Shown in pieces: positions 62,140-64,000 of a stretch of DNA of 64,000 nt. The first letter of the stretch is position 1. Each line of letters starts with the position of its first letter. The position numbers and the translations under genes are program-made. The DNA is from Tubulanus polymorphus (Eukaryota > Animalia > Nemertea): positions 1,054,001-1,118,000 of the forward strand of contig NC_134034.1 in NCBI RefSeq assembly GCF_964204645.1. Reading direction: 5' to 3'. The notes under the pieces were generated by a model. That model searched no databases. It was not told where the DNA came from and worked only from the letters and a program-made list of their open reading frames with translations.

Positions 62140-62465
62140 CTGAGCCTAGGATCTCCGAGCCTTGCTAGAATTGAGGATCTCTGAGCCCTGCTGGAACTGA
62201 GGATCTCTTAGCCTGCTAGAACTGAGGATCTCTGTGCCCTGCTAGAATTGAGGATCTCTGAGCCATGCTAGAACTGAGGATCTCTGTGCCCTGCTGGAAC
62301 TGAGGATCTCTGAGCCCTGCTGGAACTGAGGATCTCTTAGCCTGCTAGAACTGAGGATCTCTTAGCCTGCTAGAACTGAGGATCTCTTAGCCTGCTAGAA
62401 CTGAGGATCTCTGTGCCCTACTAGAACTCAAGATGTCTGAGCCCTGCTAGAACTGAGGATCTCTT
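62140..62465. repeat. ~25-bp minisatellite (GCTAGAACTGAGGATCTCTGAGCCCT)
   Basis: About 12 degenerate copies downstream of the RIF1 polyA signal. Confidence 0.88.
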
Positions 62466-63319
62466 AAAGTAATTGGGGCCAAGACGTTTAGTATCCTCTA
62501 TATTCAGCATCTTGTCCCTCAAGTACCGGGTTCGAACCTGGGACACCCTATCCAGACTACTTTGAATTACTTTGTCACAATGCAGTGATTGAACGCAGAG
62601 TGAAACCCTGTTTATTCTCTTCAGCATCCTCTATTCCCTGCCTGGGACGACTCTGAATCAAACATTCCTCACCATCGCATTACTCACTCGCCAGGACGAA
62701 TTACAGCCACATCCTTCAAACCATTAACAATTAATGATCACATTTTAGAGAATAAAATTGTTTATTTTTCATTCTAATTACTAAAAAAAGCGCTTCATCA
62801 TTTTACACACGTTTTAAAACTATCGGATATAAAAAATACACGAAAATGTGCGATATTTATGAATTAATAAAAGTGAATCTCTGTCCGGTAACACTGAGTT
62901 ACAACAGTTCATCCAATCAATCAGCGTCACGATGATATAACAAACTATTGTATAAATGATTCATAAGTATTCGAAAATAATGTTCTACAACGGCCTTAAT
63001 TTCTGTTCTATTTCGATAGACAGTAGACTGTGCTCAAGCAGTCCGATCCTTTAAGCTGTCGGTCTATCTTTGAGCTCGAGTCATAGCTCTGAACAAAGTT
63101 GAAAAAGAAAATCAGTATCGAATAATGAACTAAACTAATTAATACATGATTAACTAATAAATGGATGGTAATTAAAAAAGATAATGAATTCAGCAGTTTG
63201 TTTATATAGAATATCCCTAACCCCCTTCACACCCCCCTCCTCCCTCCCCCCATAACATAGCACCATTTACATTGTAATTATACACTGTAGCAGGAATGTA
63301 CATGCTTCTATATCTTATC

Positions 63320-64000
63320 GTAGTCAGAACTGTGGAACTGGGTCTAGATCTGTGGAACTTAGTCCAAAACTGTCCAACTGGGTCTAGAACTGTCAAACTG
63401 GGTCCAGAACTGTGGAACTGGGTCCAGAACTGTGGAACTGGATCCAGAACTGTGGAACTGGGTCCAGAACTGTGGAACTGAGTCTAGAACTGTCAAACTG
63501 GGTCCAGAACTGTGGAACTGGATCCAGAACTGTGGAACTGGATCCAGAACTGTGGAACTGGGTCCAGAACTGTCAAACTGGGTCCAGAACTGTGGAACTG
63601 GGTCCAGATCTGTGGAACTGGGTCTAGAACTCTAGAACTGGGTCTAGAACTGTGGAACTGGGTCTAGAACTGTGGAACTGGATCCAGAGTTCTAGAACTG
63701 GGTCTAGAACTGTGGAACTGGATCCAGAACTGTGGAACTGGGTCTAGAACTGTGGAACTGGGTCCAGAACTGTGGAACTGGGTCTAGAACTGTGGAACTG
63801 GGTCTAGAACTGTGGAACTGGGTCCAGAACTGTGGAACTGGATCCAGAACTGTGGAACTGGGTCCAGAACTGTGGAACTGGATCCAGAACTCTAGAACTG
63901 GGTCTAGAACTGTGGAACTGGGTTCAGAACTGTGGAACTGGGTCTAGAACTGTGGAACTAAGTCCAAAACTGTCCAACTGGGTCTAGAACTGTGGAACTG
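63320..64000. repeat. 20-bp satellite (GGTCCAGAACTGTGGAACTG), runs off the window end
   Basis: More than 30 tandem copies; reverse complement of the 11450-12140 family. Confidence 0.95.

Overview
Eukaryotic, AT-rich, intron-rich animal genomic DNA, probably a marine invertebrate; the species cannot be determined from the sequence alone. I rebuilt five conserved spliced genes by hand, exon by exon, with GT-AG sites and consistent phases. CCDC47 (-) lies head-to-head with a FAM134/RETREG ER-phagy receptor (+). RPL37A (-) lies head-to-head with ZNF622/Rei1 (+). RIF1 (+) is very long, ~3,400 aa. A small gene for a putatively secreted single-WSC-domain protein is nested antisense in a RIF1 intron. 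Introns hold many minisatellites and MITEs. Most notable: (1) a 14-copy, 69-bp tandem array in RETREG intron 2 whose minus-strand unit reads as a minimal, dimer-dependent type I hammerhead ribozyme (retrozyme/Penelope-like); (2) a ~255-bp-arm inverted repeat at 34.3-35.0 kb whose mismatches are biased to G-U wobble on the minus strand, inside a putative spliced non-coding transcript (candidate hairpin-RNA/endo-siRNA locus); (3) a 79-bp repeat family that sits just inside 5' splice sites of many introns, mostly in one orientation; (4) satellites that appear to derive from MITE internal and terminal sequences.
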